In this document: piece by piece, positions 19,410 to 28,977 of the stretch | How positions within the stretch are numbered: position 1 is the first letter of the stretch | How the letters are laid out: the number at the start of each line of letters is the position of its first letter | Origin: Capsulimonadaceae bacterium | GTDB taxonomy: Bacteria; Armatimonadota; Armatimonadia; Armatimonadales; Capsulimonadaceae | Reading direction: 5' to 3' | NCBI GenBank assembly: GCA_965215505.1 | Contig: OZ244065.1 | Span: 576,001 to 640,000 of the forward strand | Length of the DNA: 64,000 nucleotides | Notes under the pieces: generated by a model | What the model saw: only the letters and a program-made list of their open reading frames with translations | What the model was told of the DNA's origin: nothing | The model's database searches: none | Position numbers and translations under genes: made by a program

Positions 19410-20312
19410 ATGGCGACCATTAAAGGCAAATCCAATGACGAGTGGCGGAACAAGCGGAGCCAGGAACAGCTCATGCAGGGCGGCCTGCCGCTCAACGCCG
19501 AGTGGCGTCTGCGGACGCTGCGCGAGAACAAACGCCTCTTCACCAGCAGCCTGAGCGTCAATGAGTTCGTCCTCACCCGCGCCGAACGGATCAGCCCGCT
19601 GGGGCAGGTGACGGGCAACTGTTCCTACCATGTCGGCTGGCAGCCCTCGGCGGTCTACGCCGGCATGGAGCTGACCGTGGTTTCGCGGGCGCACAACGAG
19701 GCCTGGCGGCTGGCTCTTTCCCGCCTGCAAGCGGAGGCGAAGGAGCTGGGCGCGCACGGCATCGTCGGCGTGACCCTGACGGCGAAACCGTCGGCCTCGG
19801 ACGAGAGAATGCTGGAGGTGAGCGCGCTGGGGACGGCGATCCGCTGGCAGGGTGCCCCGGTGACATCCGCGCCCTTCGTGTCCGCCCTGTCCGGCCAGGA
19901 GTTTTGGGCGCTCCTCAGCGCGGGCTACCGCCCGGTCGGCGTCGCCTACGGCACCTGTGTCTACCAGCAGGTGACGACGAACGCGACCAAGTGGATCACC
20001 GGCAGCCGCCTCCTGAACGGCGCGGCCCGCGTCAACCAGGAGCTGCGGGAATACACGTCCGGGTTCAGCGAGTCGCGCCGCCTCGCCGTTCAGTACATGG
20101 AAGCGGAGGCGAATCGGTTGAACGCGGCGGGCATCGTCGGCGTGAAGATCGAGAAACAGATCACCCTCCGCGAAGTGGAGGTCGAACTGTATGAAGACGA
20201 AAGGAAGCAGAAGCGCAAGGACCTGATCGTCCGTTTCTTCGTCCTCGGCACGGCCATCGCGCCGTTTTTGGAGTATCAGCCGGTCATCCACCCCGTCGTC
20301 TCACTCGGCTAA
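19410..20312 (+). CDS. Tandem YbjQ-like protein 3
   Basis: FTSSLSVNEF, YHVGWQ, GAHGIVGV, LSGQEFWAL. Confidence 0.8.
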   Translation: MATIKGKSNDEWRNKRSQEQLMQGGLPLNAEWRLRTLRENKRLFTSSLSVNEFVLTRAERISPLGQVTGNCSYHVGWQPSAVYAGMELTVVSRAHNEAWRLALSRLQAEAKELGAHGIVGVTLTAKPSASDERMLEVSALGTAIRWQGAPVTSAPFVSALSGQEFWALLSAGYRPVGVAYGTCVYQQVTTNATKWITGSRLLNGAARVNQELREYTSGFSESRRLAVQYMEAEANRLNAAGIVGVKIEKQITLREVEVELYEDERKQKRKDLIVRFFVLGTAIAPFLEYQPVIHPVVSLG

Positions 20313-20339
20313 CTTCAGCAAACAAAGGAGAACACTTTA

Positions 20340-21179
20340 ATGCCTAATCCCTACACCCCCGGCTCGCAGGAGGGCCTGCCGGCCAACGCCCGAGGCCGAC
20401 TAGCCGCCATGCGGCCCGGCGCGAACCAGAAGGGCCTTTTTACCAGCGACCTGTCCGTCAACGAGTTCCTGCTGGTCAAGGAGGCCGGATTTGACCCGCT
20501 CGGGCTGGTCGTCGGGTCCTCCATCTACCACATCGGCTGGCAGAAGCCGGCCATGAATCAGAGCATGGAGCTGGAGACGCTGACGCAGGCCATGTACCAT
20601 GCCCGCGAGCTGGCAATGACGCGCATGGAGGAGGAAGCCGACAGCATCGGTGCGGACGGCATCGTCGGCGTCCGGCTGGAGGTGGGGCGGCAGGAGTGGG
20701 GCGAGAACCTGGCCGAGTTCATCGCCATCGGGACGGCCATCAAGGCGCGCAACGGGGAGAGCCACCGGGCACCCAACGGGCGGCCCTTCACCAGTGACCT
20801 GAGCGGGCAGGACTTCTGGACACTGATAAAATCCGGCTACCGGCCCGTCTCGTTCGTCATGGGCAACTGCGTCTACCACGTCGGCTACCAGGGCGTCAAA
20901 GCCTGGTTCTCGCAGATCGGCCAGAACGTGGAGATGCCGACCTACACGCAGGCCATCTACGATGCCCGCGAGCTTTCCCTGGCGCGGATGCAGGCCGAGG
21001 CGGAGCAGTTGCAGGCGGACGGCATCGTCGGGGCGACCATCAAGGAGAACTCGCACGGCTGGGGCAGCCATGTCATCGAGTATTTTGCCGTCGGCACCAG
21101 CATCATCGCCACCCGTGCCGACCACACCATTCCTACCCCGCAGCTCATGCTGCCGCTCTCGGACGCGGGGCGCTTCTGA
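20340..21179 (+). CDS. Tandem YbjQ-like protein 4
   Basis: FTSDLSVNEF, GADGIVGV, FTSDLSGQDFW. Confidence 0.85.
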   Translation: MPNPYTPGSQEGLPANARGRLAAMRPGANQKGLFTSDLSVNEFLLVKEAGFDPLGLVVGSSIYHIGWQKPAMNQSMELETLTQAMYHARELAMTRMEEEADSIGADGIVGVRLEVGRQEWGENLAEFIAIGTAIKARNGESHRAPNGRPFTSDLSGQDFWTLIKSGYRPVSFVMGNCVYHVGYQGVKAWFSQIGQNVEMPTYTQAIYDARELSLARMQAEAEQLQADGIVGATIKENSHGWGSHVIEYFAVGTSIIATRADHTIPTPQLMLPLSDAGRF

Positions 21180-21199
21180 GGACCTGGGCAGTGACAAAC

Positions 21200-21231
21200 G
21201 AAAGGGGAGGCCGGAACCGGCCTCCCCTTTC
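21200..21231. terminator. Probable bidirectional intrinsic terminator
   Basis: GAAAGGGGAGGCCGG-AA-CCGGCCTCCCCTTTC hairpin between convergent genes. Confidence 0.7.
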
Positions 21232-21247
21232 TCCTGAACTCCGCGCC

Positions 21248-21511
21248 TTATGAGTGCTTCTTGCCGGCTTCGCCCTTGACCTTCTGCGCGGCATCCCCGA
21301 CCCGCAGGGTGGTCGTGCGCGTCGAGGGGTCGCCGTTGTGGTATTCTTCCAGCATGGCATCGCCGAGTTTCACGGTGACGGCGGGCGCTGTGGCCTTGGC
21401 GGGGGCCTGCTTGACCGGAGCCGGTGCCCCGGAGGCGTGAGCGGCCGTCATGCCGACCGCCGCCATGCCTGCGAGGAGCGAAAGAAGGCGCCCCGTCTTC
21501 TGTGCGTTCAT
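21248..21511 (-). CDS. Small secreted hypothetical protein (87 aa)
   Basis: MNAQKTGRLLSLLAGMAAVGMTAAHA signal-like N-terminus; AAGGAG RBS; downstream of riboswitch. Confidence 0.7.
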   Translation of the reverse strand: MNAQKTGRLLSLLAGMAAVGMTAAHASGAPAPVKQAPAKATAPAVTVKLGDAMLEEYHNGDPSTRTTTLRVGDAAQKVKGEAGKKHS

Positions 21512-21537
21512 GGTTTTCTCCTTCGTAATCGTCGCAG

Positions 21538-21630
21538 TTCGGCAGCCCGGCGGCCATTCCCCGTGGTTCTGACTGAGGGGAGGGAAGCCCGTAGCTTTGC
21601 GTCCCGCCCTTTCGGACGGTTTGCCCTGTT
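21538..21630 (-). ncRNA. c-di-GMP-I (GEMM) riboswitch
   Basis: Minus strand reads ACAGGGCAAACCGTCCGAAAGGGCGGGACGCAAAGCTACGGG...ATGGCCGCCGGGCTGCCG, matching the GEMM-I consensus (GGCAAACC, GAAA tetraloop, GACGCAAAGC). Confidence 0.88.
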
Positions 21631-21762
21631 CGTTTGCGAAGGATAACGGCTTTCTAAGGGCCGTCTGCTCTTGATTATGCCGCCCTGGGCCGAAGTCTTT
21701 ACTGCGACATATACCAGGATCGGGAGAGAACGAAACCATGTCCGCCGCCCGCTGCGTCCGTC

Positions 21763-24006
21763 CTATGGGGCGCTCGGCGGGGGTGTAGAAAGCTCCAGGT
21801 TCATGAACGGGAAGTCCCCGAAGACGACCGGCTCGGAACCCCGCATGCCGGAGAGAAGCCCCAGGTAGATGGAAGGGGCCGGGAGGTTTTGCATGGCCTG
21901 GGGCAGCAGCGGCTGCAACAGGACCGCCTGTGTTAGCTGGGAAGGACTCAGGGCGGAAACCGGCAGACGGCCTTCCAGCAGCGCCGTCCGCTGCCCGTCG
22001 TCCAGGCTCCCGTAGAACTGGACCGTATGCGGCAGCATCTTGAGGGCGGCGACCGACCAATTGAACGGCGGACTTTGCGTGTCGAAGCTGGCGATGGTGG
22101 TGCCGGAAGACCCGGCGGTAAAAGGGAGGAAGGGGCGCAGGCCCTCGTTGAGCTTCGCCGAGGCGTCGCTCTGGGCTGCGAGTTCCCTCTCCTCCGGCTG
22201 GAACAGTGCCAGCCCGTTCCGTATCTGCCAGGGCGTCAATGCGCCGCTCACTTCCGCCGCCCAGTCCCAGGTCTGCTTCATTACTGCCGTCCGCTCCTCC
22301 GGGGACTGCGGCATCACGGGCCGCTTCGGGGGAGCGGCCCCCGGCGCAATCGGGCGCGCGGCGGCCTGTGCCGATGCGAACGTGGTGAGCTGCCGACGGG
22401 CCTGGAGCAGCGTCCCGAACCAGCGGCGCAGCAAGGGCTGAGGCACTTCCAGGCCATCGTCCCGATACCAGCGGTTGTTGCGGACCAGAGTAATGCCGTC
22501 CGCGTCCTCCGTCCAGCTTATGTCGCGTTTAGCCGCCAGTTCGTCCAGCTCCACGGCCAGCGGACGCCGGACCGGCATCTTCTTCTGCGCCTCCGGCATG
22601 GCATACCCGCCGTAGGTGTGATAGTCGCAGTAGTAGTCGCTGACGTACTCCATATGGCCCTGCTGCCCCAGCCAGTCTATCTGCGCCGCGCGGCTGATGT
22701 TGGGCCGGCGGATGCCGCCATCCTCCTCCGGCAGCTTGGGCAAAATGTTAGGCCAGACGCGGCTCTTCTGGTAGGCCGCCATCTGCTTCCACTCCGGCGG
22801 GGCGGCATCGCCCATCCCGTAGACCAGGTAGATGATATGCTTGAAGTCCGGCGGCGCGGCGTCCCCTTGCCTAATCAGGTCGTCGGCCCAGTGTTTCCAA
22901 CCTGGCGCGGTCAAGAAGCCCCCATACATCTCGTGGAACAGCTCCGTCTGGTCCAGGGTGAGGACCGGAAAGCCTGGTGTCCTCGGCACCGCCAACTCCA
23001 ACAGCCCGCTGGCCGAGGGCGGCCCGTTGAAGGGCGAGGCGATCACGTCAGTCCCCCCGTTCTGGAACAGGAAGTAGACCTTGCTCGGGTCGAAAGCCGC
23101 CATGTCCTTCCGCGCCTGAACCGCGTACTTCTGGAGGGCCGGCGGGGCCTGGGCCAGACGGTCCGCGCTGGCCTGCATCGCCTCCTTGAAGCGTTCCTGT
23201 GTCTGCGGCGGCATCTGTGACAGCCAGCCGATCGCGCCGGTCTTTTCGCCCCCGTTGCCAAAACTCACACTATCCGCCTCATAGAAGGCGCTCTCGTCCA
23301 TGTTGGCGGCGATCTGCTCCTTCAGCGGCTGCGGCAGAGAGTGGAAGAAGTCGTGCTGGTTCGCCACGTCTGCCTCTACGGCAAGGTCCGACTGCTCCGG
23401 GTCCGGGTCGCCCGCTTGACGCCGGCGGGCCTTCGTCTCCATGGCCGCAAGTACCGCCTGCCGCTGCAAGGCCAGCGCCTTCTCCCGCTCGCCCAGGAAC
23501 AGACGCCACCACTCCGTTCGGGCGTCGGCGGCCTGCCTGGTCATGGAAAGCTGGTAGCCGTGCGGCGTCGGCGTCCAGACGCCGGGCACCATCTCGGCCA
23601 GGGCCGTCATCAAGGTCCGCAGGGGGCGGGCGTTGAGCCGGATCTGCATCTTGAGATCGGCGCAGTCGGGGGCGGCGGTGAGCAGGAACCGATGCCCGTC
23701 TTCCATCTTGTCGGTACTCTTGTCCAGGCTCTCCTGTTGCAGCACCTCGCCCAAAGGCACGCTGATGAGGTCGAGGGTGACGGGTCGGTCCAGTCGGCTG
23801 TCCCTGTCCAGCAGCGCCTTCTGGCTGACGGTGAGGGGCGCGGCGGCAGGCGTGACGGCCGCCGGCTTCTGGGCGAGGGCCGCACCGGGCAGCGCGGCCA
23901 GCAACAGAAGGAGTGCCGCCAGTCGGCGGGGGCGCTGGGCGGGACGACACGGTAACAGACTGTTCACGGGTTGACCTCCTGACGGAACGGAGCGGGGGGA
24001 GTCCAC
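21763..24006 (-). CDS. Large secreted hypothetical protein
   Basis: 747-aa ORF with signal peptide (LAALLLLLAALPGAALAQ); no family recognised. Confidence 0.7.
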   Translation of the reverse strand: MDSPRSVPSGGQPVNSLLPCRPAQRPRRLAALLLLLAALPGAALAQKPAAVTPAAAPLTVSQKALLDRDSRLDRPVTLDLISVPLGEVLQQESLDKSTDKMEDGHRFLLTAAPDCADLKMQIRLNARPLRTLMTALAEMVPGVWTPTPHGYQLSMTRQAADARTEWWRLFLGEREKALALQRQAVLAAMETKARRRQAGDPDPEQSDLAVEADVANQHDFFHSLPQPLKEQIAANMDESAFYEADSVSFGNGGEKTGAIGWLSQMPPQTQERFKEAMQASADRLAQAPPALQKYAVQARKDMAAFDPSKVYFLFQNGGTDVIASPFNGPPSASGLLELAVPRTPGFPVLTLDQTELFHEMYGGFLTAPGWKHWADDLIRQGDAAPPDFKHIIYLVYGMGDAAPPEWKQMAAYQKSRVWPNILPKLPEEDGGIRRPNISRAAQIDWLGQQGHMEYVSDYYCDYHTYGGYAMPEAQKKMPVRRPLAVELDELAAKRDISWTEDADGITLVRNNRWYRDDGLEVPQPLLRRWFGTLLQARRQLTTFASAQAAARPIAPGAAPPKRPVMPQSPEERTAVMKQTWDWAAEVSGALTPWQIRNGLALFQPEERELAAQSDASAKLNEGLRPFLPFTAGSSGTTIASFDTQSPPFNWSVAALKMLPHTVQFYGSLDDGQRTALLEGRLPVSALSPSQLTQAVLLQPLLPQAMQNLPAPSIYLGLLSGMRGSEPVVFGDFPFMNLELSTPPPSAP

Positions 24007-24155
24007 GATGGCCTCCTGGGATGATTATACGGCGGCGGCGGCCCGATGTCAAATTATTTTGCGGCGCGCGCATATCAGGAAGGAAAAGCCTGTTCCACTC
24101 GCGAACAGTGCTTTACGAAACAGGGACGTGACCAGGGTTCAGGAGGAACGAAACG

Positions 24156-25691
24156 ATGCTCTCTCAGGTAGATTCCAGCGCCATTCTCGGCGTTGATGCG
24201 TACATCGTCCGGGTCGAGGTGGATATCTCCTCTTCCCTCGCCATCTTCACCATCGTCGGCCTGCCGGATGCCGCCGTGCAGGAGTCGCGGGAGCGCGTCC
24301 GCAGCGCCATCAAGAACACCGGGCTTGACTTCCCGCTCCGGCGGATCACGATCAACCTCGCGCCCGCCGACATCAAGAAGCAGGGACCCGCCTTCGACCT
24401 ACCCATCGCCGTCGGCATCCTGGCCGCGACCGGGCAGGTGCGGACCGAACACATCAGCGAAGGCATGTTCGTCGGCGAGCTGGCCCTGGACGGGGCCGTC
24501 AGCCCCGTGTCGGGCGTCCTGCCCATGGCGATCAAGGCGCGGGCGGACAAGCGGCCCTTCCTGGTCGTCCCCGAGGCCAACGCCCAGGAGGCGGCCATCG
24601 TCGGGGATGTCAAGGTATTCGCCGTCCGCTCCCTGGCCGACGTGGTCGTCCTGCTCAACGACTTCGACGCCCAGACGCCCCTGACGGCGGACCCGACCGC
24701 CTTGCTGCACCAGCCCAATGCGGACGACCTGGACTTCTGCGAGGTCAAGGGCCAGGAACACGTCAAGCGCGCCCTGGAAGTGGCCGCAGCCGGTGGTCAT
24801 AACATCCTGCTGGTGGGACCGCCCGGCTCGGGGAAGACCATGCTGGCCCGGCGCGTACCGTCCATCCTGCCTCCGCTGACGCTCGAAGAGTCGCTGGACG
24901 TGACCAAGATCTACTCGGTCGGCGGGCTTCTGGGGACGCACAAGGCCCTGGTGACGCGGCGGCCCTTCCGGTCCCCGCACCACTCGATCTCGAACGCCGC
25001 CCTGGCGGGAGGCGGCAGTACGCCCCGCCCCGGTGAGGTGTCGCTTGCTCACAACGGCATACTTTTTCTGGACGAGCTGCCGGAGTTCAAGCGGGACGTG
25101 CTGGAAGTACTGCGCCAGCCTTTAGAGGACGGCCACGTCACCATCGCCCGCATCGCGGCGACGATGACCTACCCGGCCCGGCTGATGCTGGTGGCCGCCA
25201 TGAACCCTTGTCCGTGCGGCTACTACGGGGACACGGTGAAGACCTGCGCCTGTTCGCCGCCGACCATCGCCAAGTACCTCCAGCGCATCAGCGGGCCGCT
25301 GCTGGACCGCATAGACATCCACATCGAGGTGCCGCGTCTACGCCAGGACGAGATGATCCAGGGTGGCGGGACCGGCGAGCCGTCCGCCTCCATCCGGGGC
25401 CGCGTGCTGGGCGCGAGGGAGCGGCAGCGGCAGCGATTTGAAAAGACGGACCTGCACTGCAATGCCCACATGGGCGCGCGGCAGATCAAGCAGTTCTGCC
25501 GCGTCGCCGACGACGTGAAGGATCTGCTGCGCGCGGCGATCTCACAGCTCGGCCTGTCCGCGCGGGCCTACGACCGCATCCTGAAGCTGTCCCGCACCAT
25601 CGCCGACCTGGACGCGGAGGAGGACGTCCAACTGGCCCATGTCGCCGAGGCCATCCAGTACCGCGCCCTGGACCGGAAGCTGTGGGGATGA
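24156..25691 (+). CDS. comM: YifB/ComM Mg-chelatase-like AAA+ ATPase
   Basis: IVGLPDAAVQESRERV, GPPGSGKT, PGEVSLAHNGILFLDE, MNPCPCG, LSARAYDRILK. Confidence 0.93.
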   Translation: MLSQVDSSAILGVDAYIVRVEVDISSSLAIFTIVGLPDAAVQESRERVRSAIKNTGLDFPLRRITINLAPADIKKQGPAFDLPIAVGILAATGQVRTEHISEGMFVGELALDGAVSPVSGVLPMAIKARADKRPFLVVPEANAQEAAIVGDVKVFAVRSLADVVVLLNDFDAQTPLTADPTALLHQPNADDLDFCEVKGQEHVKRALEVAAAGGHNILLVGPPGSGKTMLARRVPSILPPLTLEESLDVTKIYSVGGLLGTHKALVTRRPFRSPHHSISNAALAGGGSTPRPGEVSLAHNGILFLDELPEFKRDVLEVLRQPLEDGHVTIARIAATMTYPARLMLVAAMNPCPCGYYGDTVKTCACSPPTIAKYLQRISGPLLDRIDIHIEVPRLRQDEMIQGGGTGEPSASIRGRVLGARERQRQRFEKTDLHCNAHMGARQIKQFCRVADDVKDLLRAAISQLGLSARAYDRILKLSRTIADLDAEEDVQLAHVAEAIQYRALDRKLWG

Positions 25692-25737
25692 CTGCCACAG
25701 GAATCTGTCGTCCGTCGTTTTCCCTATCGACGGCCAG

Positions 25738-25817
25738 GCGGGCCTATGCCAATGCGGGCCTATGCCAATGCGGGCCTATGCCAATGCGGGCCTATGCCAA
25801 TGCGGGCCTATGCCAAT
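25738..25817. repeat. Tandem repeat, 5 x 16 bp (GCGGGCCTATGCCAAT)
   Basis: Five perfect units read directly. Confidence 0.95.
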
Positions 25818-25843
25818 TCTAAACATGGAGGTCTTTGTTCACC

Positions 25844-26914
25844 ATGCTTTTTTCACGCTTGTTGGTTAATCTCACGCGTTCTGTCGGTCTTGCTGTCCTT
25901 ACTTCCTTTGCCCTGAGTGGCTGTTCTGGCGGCGGAAACTCCGGTTATACCTCAACAAAAGGAAGCACAAGCGGTGGGTCAGGCATCGGTACAGGCGGTG
26001 GGACGGCCACCGGAACAGGGGCGGGCACCGGATCGGGCAGCGGAAGTACGACCCCTTATGTCTACAAGAGCCAAATCGCTTTACCCCAAGACGCTAATCT
26101 GTCCAACGCCCCGATGGGGATTACACTGGATAGTAGTGGTAATATCTATGTCACCACCCCTTTCCGTGTGATGAAGTTTGCCCCAAGCGGAACATTGCTG
26201 ACTCAGTTTGGCACTGGCGGAACAGGTATCGGGCAAGTTTATGGTCCACAGAGCATCGCCCTAGATGGTGTCGGCAATATCTTCGTCGTTGATAGCGGCA
26301 ACTGGCGGGTGGAAAAGTTCGACGCTGATGGCAACTACCTAAGCCAGTTTGGGACTCAGGGCAGCGGGAAGGGGCAGTTCCAATATCCAGCTGGAGTTGT
26401 CTTCAACAATGCCGGCAATATCTATGTTACAGACAACTATGGGGCAGCTATCAGAGCAGGAGATGGTAACCGCGTGGAAGAATTCGGCCCTGGGGGGAAT
26501 TATCTAGGTCAGATCGCGACTAGTCAATTCATCGACGGTCACGGGATTGCTATGGATGCCTCGGGGTTTTTCTATGTGACGGACGCCAGCCAGGGTGACG
26601 TCTGTAAGTTCAGCCCTACCGGCTCCCTCGTCGCAAAGATTGGTACACCAGGGTTCAATAGTGGGCAACTACAGGAGCCAGAAGGGGTGGCGGTAGATGC
26701 TGGCGGAAACATCTATGTCACAGATGACGTCCGAAATTGTGTGAACAAATATGGCCCCAGCGGGGTTTTCCTTACCCAGATCGGAACCAGCAGCGAATTG
26801 GCAGCAGACGGAGAACTTTCTCGCCCGTTGGGTGTCGCTCTAGACAAAAGTGGAAACGTCTATGTCGCTGACTACGGGGACAGGAGGATTGAAGTGTTTA
26901 GCCCGACGTTTTAG
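25844..26914 (+). CDS. NHL-repeat beta-propeller lipoprotein
   Basis: LSGC lipobox, Gly/Ser/Thr linker, about six P.GIA.D..GNIYV.D repeats; visibly lower GC. Confidence 0.85.
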   Translation: MLFSRLLVNLTRSVGLAVLTSFALSGCSGGGNSGYTSTKGSTSGGSGIGTGGGTATGTGAGTGSGSGSTTPYVYKSQIALPQDANLSNAPMGITLDSSGNIYVTTPFRVMKFAPSGTLLTQFGTGGTGIGQVYGPQSIALDGVGNIFVVDSGNWRVEKFDADGNYLSQFGTQGSGKGQFQYPAGVVFNNAGNIYVTDNYGAAIRAGDGNRVEEFGPGGNYLGQIATSQFIDGHGIAMDASGFFYVTDASQGDVCKFSPTGSLVAKIGTPGFNSGQLQEPEGVAVDAGGNIYVTDDVRNCVNKYGPSGVFLTQIGTSSELAADGELSRPLGVALDKSGNVYVADYGDRRIEVFSPTF

Positions 26915-27064
26915 TTTCCTCTGGTTAGGCAGATGGACGCAGGCGTGGCTTCCCGGTTTAGATGCCGGACTTTGTTGACAGGCGTTGAGGAACCGTGTAG
27001 AATACTCGCAGGCGTCGAGCGGTAGGTGTTGAACGGAAGTGGGAAAGCGGGCGGCGCATACATC

Positions 27065-28954
27065 GTGAAATCTGTCAAAACGAACTGCCGACGCTCGCCC
27101 TTTCTCCTGCGTAGTTTGTTCTTCCTGGCTGTCGCAGTGTTCTTGCTGAATGGGGCAAGAGTGGCTTCGGCCCAGAACAGCCCGCAGATCGCCGTCGGCA
27201 ACGCGGACTGCGTGGCGACGGACGCGCTCGGGCGCACACTGCCGACCTACCAGGAAGTCGGCCCGCCGAAGCCGAACCGCTACGTCGGGATGTTCTACTG
27301 GCAGTGGCACGGGCCGGACCGCTGGGGGCCGGACTACAACGTCACCGAGTTCCTGAAGACGCATCCGGGCTTCAAGGACTTCGAGGCGCACCCGAAGGGC
27401 GGGCCGGGCGACCCGACCTGGTACTGGGCCGAGCCGCTGTTCGGCTACTACCTCTCGACGGACCCGTGGGTCATCCGCAAGCACCTGAGAATGCTGGCCG
27501 ACGCGGGCGTGGACTTCCTGTTCCTGGACTACACCAACGGGAGCATCTACGACGCCGAGCTGACGCAGTTCCTCGCCGTGGCCGAGGACATGAAGGCCAA
27601 AGGGGTTCACGTCCCGCGCCTGGCGTTCTTCCTGAACTCCGAGCCGGAGTGGAAGATCGAGGCGCTGTATCGGACCTGGTACAAGCCGGGGAAACACGCC
27701 GACATGTGGTTCCGGTGGCAGGGCAAGCCGCTCCTCATGGCGAGCCGCCCGGCCCAGCCCGTCAAGATGAAGGACCCCGCCCTGCTGCCGGCCATCCAGG
27801 ACTATTTCACCTGGCGGCCCACATGGGCCTTCCACGACGCCGCCAAGGAGCCGACAAAGTGGCGCTTCATGGACGAGTTCTATCAGGGAGGCCCGCAACG
27901 CCCCGCGCTCGGGCCGGACGGCAAGGTCGAGCAGATGGTGGTTTCCAAGTCGCTCGGCGGGCCGCTCTGGGGCAACATGAAGACTGGCGGCGTGAGCTGC
28001 GCGCCCGGCCATGTGCCCGTTTACAACGACCAGTGGGTTTCGCCGGATGCCGCGAAGGGCATCTTTTTTCAAGCACAATGGGACAACGCCGCGAAGGTGG
28101 CCGCGCCGATCCTGCTGGTGACCGGGTGGAACGAGTGGACCGCGTCCGTCTGGGAGACGCCCGGCGTCGTGTTCCTAGGCCGCACGACGCAGGCCGGGCA
28201 GGGCCACATCGTGGACGAGTTCAATGCCGACTTCAACCGCGACCTGGAGCCCATGAAGGGCGGGTACGGCGACGACTATTACAACCAGTTCGTCGCGAAC
28301 ATGCGGCGCTACAAAGGGATGCCGGTCCCCACCCCGCCGTCCGCGCCGCGAACAATCCGGCTCCAGGAGTCGTATAAACAGTGGGGCGGCGTCCGCCCCA
28401 TCTACCGGAACGCGGGCGGCATCGCGGCGCGCGATTGGGACGGGGCCACGCCGCACACGCACTACACGGACAGGAGCGCGCGGAACGACATCGTTCTGGC
28501 ACAGGTGGCGCGGGACGGTGCCGACGTCTACTTCCATGTCCGCACGGCCGCGCCCGTGACAGCGCCGACCGGCCGGAACTGGATGCTGCTGCTCCTTGAT
28601 ACTCACGCCCTTGACGTGTCGGGCTGGCACGGGTATGATTTCTTGATAAACCGGGACCGGGCCGGCGACCGCTGCACGGTCGAGCGCAACGTCGGCGGCG
28701 GATGGGACTGGGAGCGGGCCGGCACGGCGCGGTTTGTCCGGCAGGGCCGTGACCTGATGCTGGCCGTCCCGCGCAGGGCGCTCGGCCTAGCTCCGGCGCG
28801 CGGCCCGCTCACGCTCGATTTCAAGTGGACGGACGGCCTCCCGGAACGGCCGGACATCATGGACTTTTACGGCAAAGGGGATGTCGCCCCGGACGCCCGC
28901 TTCAACTACCGCTTCGCGGAGCCTGCACGGCAGGGAACCCGGCGGGCACACTAG
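27065..28954 (+). CDS. Secreted putative glycoside hydrolase (GH71/GH99-like barrel)
   Basis: Signal peptide; VGMFYWQWH, WAEPLFGYY, AGVDFLFLDYTN, VTGWNEW; start uncertain. Confidence 0.6.
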   Translation: MKSVKTNCRRSPFLLRSLFFLAVAVFLLNGARVASAQNSPQIAVGNADCVATDALGRTLPTYQEVGPPKPNRYVGMFYWQWHGPDRWGPDYNVTEFLKTHPGFKDFEAHPKGGPGDPTWYWAEPLFGYYLSTDPWVIRKHLRMLADAGVDFLFLDYTNGSIYDAELTQFLAVAEDMKAKGVHVPRLAFFLNSEPEWKIEALYRTWYKPGKHADMWFRWQGKPLLMASRPAQPVKMKDPALLPAIQDYFTWRPTWAFHDAAKEPTKWRFMDEFYQGGPQRPALGPDGKVEQMVVSKSLGGPLWGNMKTGGVSCAPGHVPVYNDQWVSPDAAKGIFFQAQWDNAAKVAAPILLVTGWNEWTASVWETPGVVFLGRTTQAGQGHIVDEFNADFNRDLEPMKGGYGDDYYNQFVANMRRYKGMPVPTPPSAPRTIRLQESYKQWGGVRPIYRNAGGIAARDWDGATPHTHYTDRSARNDIVLAQVARDGADVYFHVRTAAPVTAPTGRNWMLLLLDTHALDVSGWHGYDFLINRDRAGDRCTVERNVGGGWDWERAGTARFVRQGRDLMLAVPRRALGLAPARGPLTLDFKWTDGLPERPDIMDFYGKGDVAPDARFNYRFAEPARQGTRRAH

Positions 28955-28977
28955 GCAGATTCTGAAAGCAGAGCAAG

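Noticed and set aside
21248-22060. 270-aa ORF as a real gene
   Set aside because: Its 5' part overlaps the upstream gene and the riboswitch. Only the last 87 codons have an RBS and a signal peptide.
25738-25817. Possible CRISPR array
   Set aside because: Units are contiguous 16-bp tandem copies with no spacers, and no cas genes are in the window.
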